A stretch of DNA of 63,726 nt, counting the filler, from Choristocarpus tenellus KU-1152 (taxonomy: Eukaryota > Protista > Phaeophyceae): assembly GCA_964200185.2 (NCBI GenBank). It is 11 parts of 11 records of this genome, joined end to end, with 100 filler letters (N's around TTAATTAATTAA, not from the genome) between each part and the next. Parts side by side here need not be neighbours in the genome. Positions count along the whole stretch, not along the records: positions 12,523 to 15,233 come from CAXNAD020025406.1; positions 15,334 to 32,952 come from CAXNAD020000651.1; 9 more parts are not named here. The stretch is one strand, 5' to 3'. Made by a program: the position numbers and the translations under genes. The notes under the pieces are model-generated. The model was not told the DNA's origin, searched no databases, and worked only from the letters and a program-made list of their open reading frames with translations. This document shows, piece after piece, positions 12,661 through 24,300 of this stretch (position 1 is the stretch's first letter; the number at the start of each line of letters is the position of its first letter).

Positions 12661-14142
12661 GAACAGCACGAACAAAGATAAGGACATGGCTCCGAAACGA
12701 GACCTGGTGATGTCCTGGATAGACTACTGGGCTGATACATTCGGGCAGTTCATGCCTCACAAGTCCACAATTGTGATCTACACCGCGAACAAAGAGGTAG
12801 TTTTTGCCCTTGGTTGTGGAAATGTTGGCCGCACCCTGTGTTGGAGTTAGTTCCAAACCGTGTGACCCAGCAGTACGTAGAAGAAGTGGATCGAAGTAGT
12901 ATTTCAAGTGGATGTTTATTACTTTAACCGGTCTAATGTTATGGTTAAAAGAACATGTCAAGATTCTTACCAAGGGCTATTTTTTTCGTTTGCTATGTCG
13001 AGACTACAATGTCGATGATGATACTCTTCGTTGCTTTTACGAAGGAAGACACAATAAGTATTATCGCAACGCCGTGTACACCTACTCTGTGGCCCCGGGC
13101 CTGGTCTGACATTGGTAGCAAAAGCGTGTACTTCGTATGTCTAAAGTGCTTCGCGATGATGATGATGATGATGGTAGATTCGCCTCCTTTGCCGCTTCTG
13201 CAAACGGTGGCGAGGCCCGAACAGAATGACGCTCCTGGCGGATTTACGAAGATCATTATATTTGTTCTACATCGCAAAAATAAATTCCGTTACCCCTCTT
13301 TTTAGCTCCAATTAAGCAATGCGTATGTAAGCATGGTACTATTTGCCAACTAACGACGGACATCATCGTTCGCGCAGGTTGTAACCTTGTCTGCACAGCC
13401 ACCCACCTTGCCCTCACAAGGTTTATCGACAAGTACCACAACAGCCTTGATCACGCGGGGAGTTGCATCATCCAGCACGCGCATTGGCAGGTAAGAAGGT
13501 TTCATCTTGACATGACCTACTCAACACATACTAGCTGAATACCAGTCACCAAGTAACTAACTGCACGGTCTTTAGTTTTGGTTTGTACGTTGCAACCTGC
13601 ATGTATGATGTCGGTGATGTAGAGCTTGCGCTCTAGCAGTACTGGAAACATACCCTGTTCCTCCACGAAACGCGGCTAAATGGGCTGACATATCGGCCTC
13701 ACGCCTATCCCTCCCTCTCTCCCAACTCCCCAAACTGGCCAGGTCGACAACTGCGTCTCAGAGAACAAAAACAATTTATTTCTCGGATATGCGGGGCTGT
13801 TGGTCGCGGCGAGTGTCATTCGTGTGGTCAAGATACATTTTATGATGGCCAGGCATACGCACATCAAAATCGATCAGATCTTCTCCAGGTAATTAGGCAA
13901 GATCTACAAGTTCGATAGCCACATAGTGTTTTGATACGTTCAGATACTGCCTTGAGGCTTGCAGCTCACGTTTGTTGCATCCATTCAAGGTTTATGGCCG
14001 CACGACCTCTGCATCAACCACCCGCCTCGTATCCAAGATGCACCACCCTACCAGCTCAAGAGCGTTCCCGAAGACGTCATCCTGAAGGTGGAGCAGCGGT
14101 ACCAGGCGTCGCACGAGTGCCTTGCTGCTGTGTACCCATTGG
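12661..14142 (+). pseudogene. Degenerate intron-containing Sola-like (Sola1/DUF7869-like) DDD transposase
   Basis: Exon 13743-13888 (cag|...|gtaatt) reads VDNCVSENKNNLFLGYAGLLVAASVIRVVKIHFMMARHTHIKIDQIFS, matching DNCxxENKN...GHTHxxIDQxFS. Upstream are WIDYWADTFGQFMPHK (12661-12796, ag/gt bounded), HVKILTKGYF, MMVD and HG...AGCNL. Frameshifts and G->R in GHTH indicate decay. Confidence 0.75.
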
Positions 14143-15333
14143 GTAAGTCGATATTTTCGTGAGGGGAGTTGATAGATTATTTTGGTATTCGGTGGCAGCC
14201 AAAAAAATCAGGTGCAACTTCTGCACGAGGCAGCCTTTACAGCCTGTACAAAAACAATCTTGAAAAATATTCCATTCTCATGTGTAGTGATTGTCGCATG
14301 TTACAATAAAAAAGTACCATAGATTACCCCCAATAAATGTGTTGAGGGTACCGGTCTTGTACTCAACAGACACAATTCCGACGAAATATACACCCTCCCT
14401 CTCACCGCATGCTCCCCGAGCGCATTCGTGAAACCTCACACCTGGTTACAAAGTAACATTCATGCTTCCATACCGTTGATTTTCTCGTGCTCATGGATTC
14501 CACCTTCGCAGATGATGAAGCCGTTCAGAGAGCGAAACACGAGCAAACCGAGTCTGTGCGGCTTCTCAAAAAGACAGGGGAACGAGATTTCGACCTCCCA
14601 GTCCATTGGCTTCCCACCGATGACAATGGCGCTGGAACTGGTACCAGCGATGTCAAAGACACCGACCAGGGCGAACGTTCGGGTGGAGGAGGTAATCTCG
14701 TCAGCGGTGACAATGATCCCGGCGGGCTCGAGGAAACAGACTCTTCCTCATCGGACAGTGACAAAGAAGAAGCTGGCTCCCGTAGACGGGGTTGGCCTCG
14801 TGCTACCTTGACATCGGGGAACCATGGAAACCTCGTCTCCGTGCAGGTAGGCAGATTTGCTTTTTTGTGGCAACGGAGACGCCGCTCTAGGTCGGCTAGA
14901 TCCTAGCGGAGCGCGTCATCGAGGACGTGGAGCGTGGGGTGGATCTTCACTGGCTTCGGCCGACCAGTGACCACACACGTGACAACGCCGCGTTTATGAC
15001 CCTTGAGAAGTACGGCAAAAGTAGTTTTGTAGAAGGCTACATTCACGCTGGTGATAGATCCGGGGACCTGTGGTGGGTATTGTTTCGACTTGCGAGAAAC
15101 TTGTCGGGAACGGCAAAGAGATTCCTACCAAGGTCTTGACAGTTCTACAGTCTGCTATAGAGGCGAGGGAAAGGGGGGGTTTTGTGGGAGAAGGACGGAA
15201 GACTACATTCAAGGGACGAGGAGAGGAGAGGGGNNNNNNNNNNNNNNNNNNNNNNNNNNNNNNNNNNNNNNNNNNNNTTAATTAATTAANNNNNNNNNNN
15301 NNNNNNNNNNNNNNNNNNNNNNNNNNNNNNNNN

Positions 15334-15625
15334 GGGTTTGCCCTGGTTGGTCAGCAGAGGTAGGGGGTGACTGGAAATCAGTGACGAAGGGGGTTCGTCC
15401 TAGTTGGTCATCAAATGGGGTGTGTGACGGGAAATCAGTGGCGAAGGGAGTTCGCACTACTGGTTGGTCATCAGATGTGGGGGATGACTGGAAAACAGTG
15501 GTGAAGGGGGTTCGCCCTGGTTGTTCATCAGGTGAGGGCATTGGCTGGAAATCAGTGGCGAAAGGGGGTTGCATTGGTTGGCCTCGTAGAGGGGGGGGAG
15601 GACGGCAAAGCAGTGGCGAAGAGGT
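15334..15625 (-). repeat. 57-bp minisatellite, ~5 units, encoding a 19-aa repeat (TPFxTDFQSxPxxDDQPGR) on the minus strand
   Basis: Anchor T(G/A)GTTG at 15344, 15401, 15461, 15518 and 15575 (spacings 57/60/57/57). The open frame runs into the gap. Confidence 0.85.
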
Positions 15626-17899
15626 CGCACTGGGTGGTCATAAGTGGGGTTACAATGGGGAGAAAAAAGGGGAATAGTTGGAATGCAAACAGAGAAAATA
15701 ATAATAACGAAGAATTCGTGAGTAAAACAAAATATCATTTTATGGAGGATATAAGTAACGATTTTGAATGTTGATCAAAAATGAAGATAGGTGATTCACA
15801 AATAGTAAGTGACATCTTTTTATCGCTCTGGGCACTCTGGGGCACTCCCAAAACAAAGTGACCATTGTCTCCTCACAAGTTGATGCGAGTCCAACAATGC
15901 AGAAGAGATGACAAGATTATCGGCTCCGTCGCGGCTGGGACGCACTGTGGTGCTAGGATTTTGTGATATTGCCGCAGCTGGAATACGTAAGTTGACTCTG
16001 CATTTTTCTTTCACCTCTCTTTGAAGTCTGCGGAAGAAGGGAGATATTAGAGTATATTGGAGCCTCCAAATGACTCTGACGGTATGGGATGGACTGACTT
16101 CCACCCTTATCATTGACAAAATTTATCTTACCTTGATCCAGGCACTCTCGAGGGTCTGTCTTCAGATACAGTGCTGGGGTGTGTGGAGGAAGTTGAACGA
16201 GAGACAATCCATTTATCGGGGGCAGATGAGGTGTTCAAGGGTGCTCCAGTAGTTGAAGCCATCCATTTTGCTGGTAAAGGCTATTCCGGCGAGGTAAATA
16301 TATCATATTATCCCAGGGGTTTCCGATATCTGATGAATTTAGGCTTGTATGGCGTAGGGCTTGTTCTACTCCAACACCCTGGACACGCTGATACGTCGCC
16401 AACCCCCCGCCACAAATGTTCCACACTAGGATCCGCTAGAGTTGACCCTCCTGAAAATCAACGCTCACGTGGGACGGGATCTCTGTGGACCATTATCCTT
16501 GGCAATTGTCGATATTCTGGTGAGGCAATACGAGGCATCAGCACTCGATAGGGTAATTGTGGCTGCAGCAGTACAGACCCCAAAACGACTAAAGGTGGGA
16601 CCTTTGACTATCAAGTTGTTGTCTTCGGTGTTGGACTTTGTGCCAGAAGCAGAGGGAGGGGAAATAAGGAACTACTGTGACTAAGGGCAAGAAAAGCGCC
16701 TGCTGCTCGTCTTGCATTCGTGGAATAATATTTATCCCCCTGCCTACTGCTTCGATCTTTGTGAGGGAACACTTGACAAAGAGGAGGATAAACGAGTGGT
16801 ATCACTGAGCATGGCACATCCTATCTGCTTATTTACTCGAAAAATCCTCACAATAGATTTATGTGCATGTGGTGGGTTTAACATCTCTCGTCCTGGTATG
16901 TTGCCCCCTAAACTATCCTATGAACAGAAGTCTGCCCAAGGTGTCCAGCTCCCCTCAGATTCCGTATGTGTAATGACCAGCGACTGCGAGCTTCTTCCCT
17001 CTCTGGAGGCACTTCCATCCCTGTCAAAAGCAACACGATTGTCAGATGCTTTCCTCACACAGCTGGTTCGTCTGTGCTGCATCGAAGAACTCCCGCTTGT
17101 TGTGCTGGCGCATGAAAGCTACAGGCTAGCAGCAGTGTCGCCTGCACAGGATGGCACGGACAAGGTGGGGAACAGAGGAATGGGTGCGCCATAGTGGTCT
17201 AAGGCATTTGGTAAAATGTTGATAACAAGGTGTAGACTTGCTGTGGCAAGAAAAAATAGCTTAGTGTGGAGGCCTCTCCAAGCAGGTAGACCATGTGGAT
17301 AATCACCGGCAGATCTTTTCCATCACCACAAACCTGGACCATGTTGGCAAGATAGTGTTGGTCTTTTTACCTCTTTCTCTTCTTTTCACCATCTGACCAA
17401 GGCCCCAGTCCGGGCATTCTATGGTATCTTTCTTAGGTCTGGTTGTAACTGCCAAATTGCTTCATTGTGACAACGTTACTACCTATATCCCCCCGCAGCC
17501 TCTCATTCCGCTCTTGCTTTCCACCCCAGTCAACAGCCTAAATTGATGTTTCTCCCCCCCTCCCTTCCCCACCCCCCACCCTAACTTCAACCTGTTTGAG
17601 TAGGCCATTCAGGGCCTAGGGAAAGTGCTTGCCTCTGCTCTTGGACTCACGTTCAACCTTGAGGTGTCTGCGAAACTCGAACCTAAGTCTTGGTCAGGCA
17701 GAGTTGCATCACAGGGTGTGGTGGGATACATCTGATTGGATAGGGGAGGCGGGAGGTTGGGTGTAGTTCTGTGCTGAGAGTGGGATATGATGCTAATAGA
17801 GTGATCGTGCAGGAGAGAAAAATAATCTGTCCTTGCACTCATTTTTGAAGGAGGTTGGGATAATTTTTGGGAGCGCTTCTATGTAATCGTTTGTGGGAG

Positions 17900-20800
17900 T
17901 GGCAATAGTTTTGTGTGGGTGGCAAAATATTTTTTTCAATCTCCAGGTTGTCTTCAGTGACCCTCCAACGGAAAGGTGCCTTTTTGAACATCCCTACCTT
18001 TGGCTCATTGTCAAGAACAGTGAACTGAAATTACTTCTACCCCTTTTTCCTTTTTGTAAGTATGAGGTTCTTCGGTGAGAAGTGCTACAGCACGGTGAGA
18101 AGTGCTACAGCATGCTTTGAATTTCTTCAGACTAACAAGTAAATTACAACATTCTGCCCATTGAGAACTTTCAAGGCATATGTTAGGCCATGTGCCTTGT
18201 TCACTTTTTTGTGTTTGCTTTATTTTTCCTCCACTTGGTTTGGTGCTGAAGAAAATAAAGTCTTACAACAGGTGCCTCAATAGCACAGTTCGTGTTGTTC
18301 TGTTAATGAGTGCCCACTATTGTAGTGTGGGGATGCTTGTGAATCTGTATGTGGTGTGAATTTCAAAGTGAGTGATTACATTATTTGTTGTTGTTTAAAT
18401 TTCAAAGTGAAGCTCTACCGAAGGTGTAGCAATGTGAAGAGGAGGGGATGGAAGGGGATGATCTGATCCTACTCAAAAGATCATGTTCTCGTTTCATTGG
18501 GCAGCAGTTGTTTGCCCAGATGAGATGATGTTAAGATGTTGTGTGGTCTCATGACTCACGAGTGCCTATGTTAGTTTCCTTGTCTTGATTATCCAGTCCC
18601 TCTTTGACCCATGGTGAATATGGCGTGGTGGAACAAGATGGTACGGTTTGGTGTGAATATGTGTATTGGATGTTACAATTGGCTTGTATTTTTGGTTCCT
18701 CTGATGGAACATGACCCCTAAGGAGGGGTCAAGATAGACAAGCTTCTTCTATGATGTGGGGTTTGTGATAGACAAGAGAAAATAACAAAACACTCAATCA
18801 ATTGATCCATGACTGGCTGTAGCTATCATGCCATTGTCTTATGACCAGTGGTGTCTAAAGTGTATGCACTCACTACATATGCTGCACTTGCTTTGGGTAC
18901 AAAGCAGTAGATGAGATTAAGAGGACAGTTCGAGTCAATGCCCTTGGAATGAGACATGTGGATGCACCAATGAAGATATAGTTGGGTTCAAAGAGGAGGA
19001 TATTGAATAGTGGATGTAGAGGCAAAGGCCTTCCTTGGTACACGTGTTATACTAATACATTTGGTTCTTGAGTGTGGTTGTGACAAAGTGAGAGATAGAC
19101 TCGATCCAAATTTTTCCTTGTACGTGTTACCTACTCTGTAGTAGTACTTGCATGAGTTGCTCCATGTTAATTTTAAGCACTGCAAGAGTACTCCGGAAAC
19201 GATTATTGTGTGTATGGGAGATGGAGGGAATCTGCAAGGGTAGTGGAGCAGAGGGGTTACTTGTATAACCACCTATAACCTTTTGAATATATCACTTCTA
19301 CCAAGATTTCATGAGTATTTTTTTGCGCTATGTATGGTAGGGGAGCATAGGTCGTAAAAATATACTGAGATACTACTGTACCACCAGGGTAGTTGAGGTC
19401 ACTGACTCCTCCTATGTTACAGTTGGCACGTATCTAAATACCCTGACATTGTAAAATATACCACTTTCCAATGCACGGGCTCTTGTTCCAATATATTGAC
19501 CCTTTCTGTGTCTGCGAAATTCCAGTGTTGAGCTCTCCTGACACATGCTGAGATGTGCTCTGCATGACTGCTTGTGGTGGAATTTTGACCCTTGCTTCCT
19601 GTGAATCCCCGCTGTTTAAATTTTTCTCAATACCTATCGATATGCCTGAAGTGGTTGCTTGGGACATCACATTTTGTGTAGTTAGGTGTGTGAACTAACT
19701 CTCTCTGGTCAAGCTAACGGGTTCAAGGCACGTTCCAAGAAGGTTACATTAGCCAGAGAGGGATCAAAGGGTTGAGCCATTAAATTACACCGGATGTATA
19801 TTCCCATGGCTTCAAAAAAAAAAAAAAAAATGCTGATATTAGAGTCGGTACACTGAGTGTGTGTTATGTAGGATGCATTCCTTCCATGTATGCAACCATC
19901 ACAATCTGCGATCTGAGTCAAAGTATCTTAGAGGGTAGAGCTGCATCCGTTTGGGGGCAAAAATCCAAGGTTGCGATTTTGATTTAGTTTTGGCTATTGT
20001 GTTTGTTAGGAAGTGTCAGTATCGTTGTTCCGGATACACCTTTTCATAACGTATACATAATGTCCTTAAAAACGCGTGGGAAGCCAAGCCCCAAATGGAC
20101 AAACAGGGCAATATTCGTACCCTCCAAGATACTTTCACTCATCTGTTCAGGTCCAAACCTCCCTATTGGGTGTGATGACCGTTCTCCACAATATTGTACT
20201 GGGTTCTAGGAAGTTTTTTTCTGCATGATGAACGATGCTGTGTGTAATAGTTTTTCACATCTTCCAGCACCTAGTCCTTCTGTATTGTGACTGGGACAAG
20301 TTAGTTTGTGAGATATGGACTCCTTAACTGTTTCGTGTTGCATCAAATGCAATATCTGCCCCTGCCAGTTGTTTTCAGCCCAAAGTTCGATTGATGATAT
20401 GTGAAAACTAATACTCTGAACTTGATAATCTCTACATCCTAAAGCAGATACGACGAGTATTATTTCCGAGCGCTGCATTTTCGGACTGTAATTCTTGGGT
20501 ATGACAAAACTATCTACTACTATATATACGAGGTACTCAAAAGTGTGTACAAGAGCTCTATTGTTTACTTTTGTCTAGATGTGATAAACTACTCGGTATA
20601 TTTTCATCATTACTCTATCAAGGAGAGTTTTTCCTGCCCGCACTGCATTACTCTGCAACCCTAGCTATAGGAGTGGCTGGATAAGTATATGGACAGTATC
20701 GTATATGGTAAGGAGAGTATCATTACATATACTTTTACTTCAAAGTACTGGAGTACGCAAGAGAAGTGGTGAGGGGCTTTCATCAGCATGTACTCTCGCT

Positions 20801-21140
20801 CCACCTTCGATATATCAACACTGTTTTAAAATAGTGTAAATCTCACTCTCACTCCTTTGATACGAGTACTTCCAACAACTTCATATATCTTCTGTTGTAC
20901 GAAAGGCTAGTTCTTAATCCTTGTGGTTGACACAGAGCAAGCGAATTACTACTAAGAGCACCCTTTGTCATGTGCCATTGCCTTTCCATAGCCGAACCAG
21001 TAAAAACTGCAGCTAATTGACTGAGCACGTCTTTGGGAGGTACTTAAAACTTGTATAGGACTGAAGGTCGTCTCCTGACCCCACATCGTTTCCTCTAGTG
21101 CCCCATAGTACATCGATCCTGTCATACTATTGCCCTTGAG
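17900..21140 (-). mobile_element. Decayed APE-RT LINE (non-LTR retrotransposon), approximate limits
   Basis: Minus strand: IDVL..ALEET (21087-21117, cf. APE DxxxLQET) and, ~2 kb downstream, frameshifted ITRVP-G-PL..PLFNILL (~18990-19055, cf. RT GVxQGxPLSPxLFN). Order and spacing fit a LINE ORF2. Confidence 0.5.
19915..20140 (+). mobile_element. MITE family A copy 4 (226 bp, internal deletion), TSD ATCT
   Basis: ATCT|GAGTCAAAGTATCTTAGAGGGTAG ... TACCCTCCAAGATACTTTCACTC|ATCT. Lacks the internal CCTACTCC..GGAGTAGG hairpin. Confidence 0.95.
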
Positions 21141-21334
21141 AGTTGATCGACTCACTCCCTACCTAGAAGGGAGAAGGAAATGTAAAAAAAATCTTCCTCA
21201 AATTCCTATTACTTCAAACCCCCACGAGCCTTTCTCATCATTGCATCCCCACTGTTATGAAAATCTCATTTTTGGGTGGCTAACTGCTGCTCTGCCTCGT
21301 GGTGGCTTCTGTAACATGGTCTACGCTGTTCTGC

Positions 21335-24300
21335 TCAAGGCTTATCATTTCCCTTTTTCTTGTCTGCCTTGTTTAACTCCTCATTCTCCTTTGCCATCTT
21401 CATCTTCATTTCCATCTGAGGATAGGGTCAGGTTCAGATCAATCCAGTTGGTATGTTTTATGAGCAGCCTATGACGTTGAGTGCAACATGAGTATCCACA
21501 AACTAAAGCCCCGTCAGATCATGTTTCTGCCAGAGTGATGAAGTGAAGAGCCTTGATATGTGGATCAATACTCCTTCTTACCTACACATGCTTCATATGT
21601 GTTCCTTCCTGTGAAGTAGCTGGAACAACAAGTTGTATGACAACAGTGCACTATTGATGGTTCGTTGGGGACGGTTCTAAGAAATTTATGCAGTGGTACT
21701 CTTTGAAAGTACTAGTCTACCACTTACTTTCTAATGAAGGGGTTACTAACATAGTTTTGGTGCTTGGTACTTTACAAAAAACAACATAAATATTCAGCTG
21801 GCTGTTCAGCAAGTGTCAGCTTTGATCCAACTAAGAATATACTCTGATACTGTTGAAGATCAACCCTGCTTTGAACTGCCAGAACAAGACACAACGAAAG
21901 ATATTTACCTGTGCGGCACGACCTTTTTCCAGCAACAGGTCTGCTCCCACATTAAGTTTGTCCCCAAGTCCTACTCCGACAGTCTCCAGGTTCTGAAGAC
22001 CAAGGTTGGCTATATGACCAAGAACTTTGGTGTCATCAAATGCCTGTGTGAGAAAAGGCTCAGAATTGGCGAGTTTGCTCAAGGGGTTGCATGTTCGTGT
22101 TATGGTATATATTTTTGGATTCACTGGGAAGAGTTCGCCAGCAATCGAGTGGGGTGGAGGGGTGAAGTATTGTATGTTTGATGGACTCAATCTGTATATG
22201 CACATCAGTACAAAACTCGACCCTTGCACAAGTCTCACATTTGCCAATGGAGTACTTACCAGACGAAGAGTCTGCTCAGTTTGAAACAATAATTTGATCT
22301 GAAAAAGAAGAAATCAGATCTCAACACATACACGACAAATAATAAAAACAAACTTACCTATGGTCAGATCATGATTGGGGGGGTTGTAGGCAGGGGGCAC
22401 GGAGAAATGGCGCTGCATACTTTCGAATAATGGAATGAACGGAGGCCTGTCATTGGTCGAAATTATCTCCTCACTTTACTCCCATTAAGAATGGTTTACT
22501 GAGGGAGATAAATTGAAACAGAGTACTGTGCCATACGATGTAAATATAAATTCTTTGTCATCACGCTTCTTCTGAGCCAAAGTATATTATAGGGTACGAT
22601 TTTTTCCCGGTTTATCCATTTGGGGCTTGGCTTCCCATGTTTTTTTTTATGACATTTAACCTACTCCAAAATGTTCAGGAGTAGGTAAAACGTATATGTT
22701 ATGAAAAGGTGTGTCTGGAACATGGATATTGACACTTCCTAGCAAACACGATACCCAAAATTACATCAAAATCACAACATCGGATTTTGGCCCCCAAATG
22801 GACGCGACTCTACCCTCTAAGGCACTTTGACTCAGCATGGTCAGATAGTCTCAAGGATAAAGTGGATAGCAGAACTATCATCCTATAATATCACAATTGT
22901 TACATGGTTTTGTTGGCTACAATAGTGCCTCCGATTTACGCTTGTTTCCTCCCATGCCCTTGCTTACAACTTCAATAATGGCCCCACCGCATTATTGCGT
23001 ACCATTTGAACCAATAATGCATGCGTATGTCTTATGTCAACCTTCTGAGCTGTTATATATTGCTCGTTGTAATTAACCTGTACCATCTAGAACTACGAAA
23101 AGCAGATAAGTTCATCAGAGACATCGCTTCAGCAAGAAACATAACAACGGTTGGCAGAAGAGTAGGCAGCTCTCATGATCACCCAATCACATCGATAAAC
23201 CACAATTTCACCTTTCAGACATCAACAATCTAAATATCTGACCCCGGCCAACCATCAGAAAACACGACTTCTACACTGAAGCACATACCTTCTATCGCTA
23301 AGTTTCAACCTATCTCACCCTTCCTTTTCTTAGCTAGGAAGTATAATTATGCTCTCTGACATTTTGCAAAGGGCCAAGATCTAGGCTACAAAATCTCTCT
23401 TTACAAGAGTGCTTACTATCAAGACACGTTTTTCTAATAAAAGGAACTGAAACATGCACAACCTTCCCTGCGAGACTGTAATGTTTCTACTATTCTGTCT
23501 CAATTCTGTCTCAATTCTGTCTCCAGTCTAGCCCTACGAAGGTGAGCAAGGATCAAGGGAAGTATCTTAGAATTCCAAGAGTCACTTGAGTGAAAGTATC
23601 TTAGAGGGTATGAATTTTGCCCTTTTTGTCCACTTGGGGCTTGGCTTCTCAAGGGTTTTTTTATGACGTTTTGCTACTCCAAAATGTTTAGGAGTAGGAA
23701 AAAATGTTTAAGTTGTGAAAAAGTGTGTGCAGAACATGGTTGTTGACACTTCCTAACAAACACAATAGCCAAAAATACATCCAAATCGCAACATTGGATT
23801 TTGGCCCCCAAATTGATGTGGTTCTACCCTCTAAGATACTTTGGCTCACTTCTTTTACATTGCTTACACAATAGGGGAGTGCTAGCCCATATATTTGCTA
23901 TTTTCTGACTCAAGTTAACCCCCTGGGGATTGAAGCAATATCATGGAAGTAGGGGAATTTTATCCTTGTACTTTTTTCTTTTTCTCAATATTTTTTTCAA
24001 CGCAGTCTCTTGCTTTTGTTTTGCTATTGCGAGCTACCCACTTCTAGATGTGAGGGAGAAAGTACTGATGAGTGATGTAGGGTAGCAAAAAAAATAACAA
24101 GGGCCTTAGGGTTAGGGTTAGGGGTATGAGAAAAAAACTTTTTCTGGAATTTGTAGCATTGTTCAACTCACCTTCGTGAGCCCATCAGGATCGGCTGGAG
24201 GCCACAACTTCTTGAACATCAGCTGGCGAGAATTTGAGGTTACCTCAACCTGGTGTAAGGTAGCAGCCCAAGGATTCCACATTGGCAAGCGGATTTAATG

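Noticed and set aside
18073-18112. Short perfect tandem duplications (20 bp here; 16 bp at ~32795 and ~45558)
   Set aside because: Ordinary slippage or repair duplications with two units only.
21813-22181. Plus-strand 122-aa ORF, and other antisense ORFs over real exons (49300-50194, 46147-46503, 56071-56501)
   Set aside because: Shadows of exons on the opposite strand; no motifs or splice support.
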